A stretch of DNA of 64,000 nucleotides from Lama glama (taxonomy: Eukaryota), in NCBI GenBank assembly GCA_028534125.1, contig CM052817.1, forward strand, positions 27,778,001 through 27,842,000. The letters are read 5' to 3'. Below are positions 63,424 through 64,000 of the stretch, one piece after another. The stretch's first letter is position 1, and every line of letters starts with the position of its first letter. Position numbers and translations under genes: made by a program. The notes beneath the pieces are model-generated. The model saw nothing but the letters and a program-made list of their open reading frames with translations. It was not told the origin of the DNA and searched no databases.

Positions 63424-63940
63424 AGCCGTGCTTTCCAATATGGTAGCTGCTAGTAGCCACATGCGGCTATGGAGCACTTAACATGTAGCTAGTGGAACCA
63501 AGGAACTGAGTTTTATTTAATGTTAATTACTTTAAATTTAAGTGTAAAAATGAACACCTGATTCAGTTATTGGAAAACTTTTAAGTATGCTTGGAAAGAC
63601 TTAGGTATAGTTTTCAACTGTAAATGTTATAAAATCAGGTATTTCCTACAAGATGGAGACAAGACTTTTTTTATGAAAGTGTAGCATCTGAAGTAAGATG
63701 TACTATAAATGTAAAATGTAACACATTTCAAAGACTTAGTACAAAAAATGTAAAATAACTCAATAGTTTTAATATTGATTACCTGCTGAAATGATAATAC
63801 TTTGTATGTACTGACATAATGAACATGTCATGAAAATTAATTTTACCTGTTTCTTTTTGCTTTTTTCTTTTAACAATGTGGCTACTAGAAGATTAAAAAT
63901 TACATAAGGGGCTTGCATTACCTTTCTGTTGGATAGGAGA
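63424..63940. mobile_element. Charlie1/MER33-type hAT element
   Basis: 'ccaatatggtagctgctagtagccacatgcggctatggagcactt...aatgtggctactagaa...ttacata...tttctgttgga'. Confidence 0.8.
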
Positions 63941-64000
63941 GAATGTAATAAAAAAGAAATATCTGAAGATTGAACCCTCGGAGTAGTCTATGACTTAGAG

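Noticed and set aside
1..64000. Prokaryotic-type systems (CRISPR arrays, operons, defence islands), rRNA or tRNA genes
   Set aside because: The sequence is mammalian and repeat-laden. I saw no regularly spaced repeats, long ORFs or structured RNA genes.

Overview
Mammalian genomic DNA, not prokaryotic. It is gene-poor and repeat-rich (intergenic or deep intronic). The young L1 3' ends look cetartiodactyl-type, and I saw no ruminant, pig or whale SINEs, so a camelid is my tentative inference. I recognise no intact protein-coding gene. The best-supported features are: (1) a ~4.5 kb decayed LINE-1 that keeps its 5'UTR, ORF1 and the EN/RT part of ORF2 but lacks its 3' end; (2) a processed histone H4 pseudogene with a histone stem-loop, A-tail and target-site duplication; (3) several solo LTRs, including nested insertions with readable TSDs; (4) many older MLT, L1M, L2, MIR, Tigger and hAT fragments. 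Unique sequence holds a few candidate regulatory motif clusters and two speculative spliced-transcript models. I found no convincing new biological system. Repeat family names come from recalled consensus sequences, and boundaries without a stated TSD or terminus are approximate; both need RepeatMasker/Dfam confirmation.
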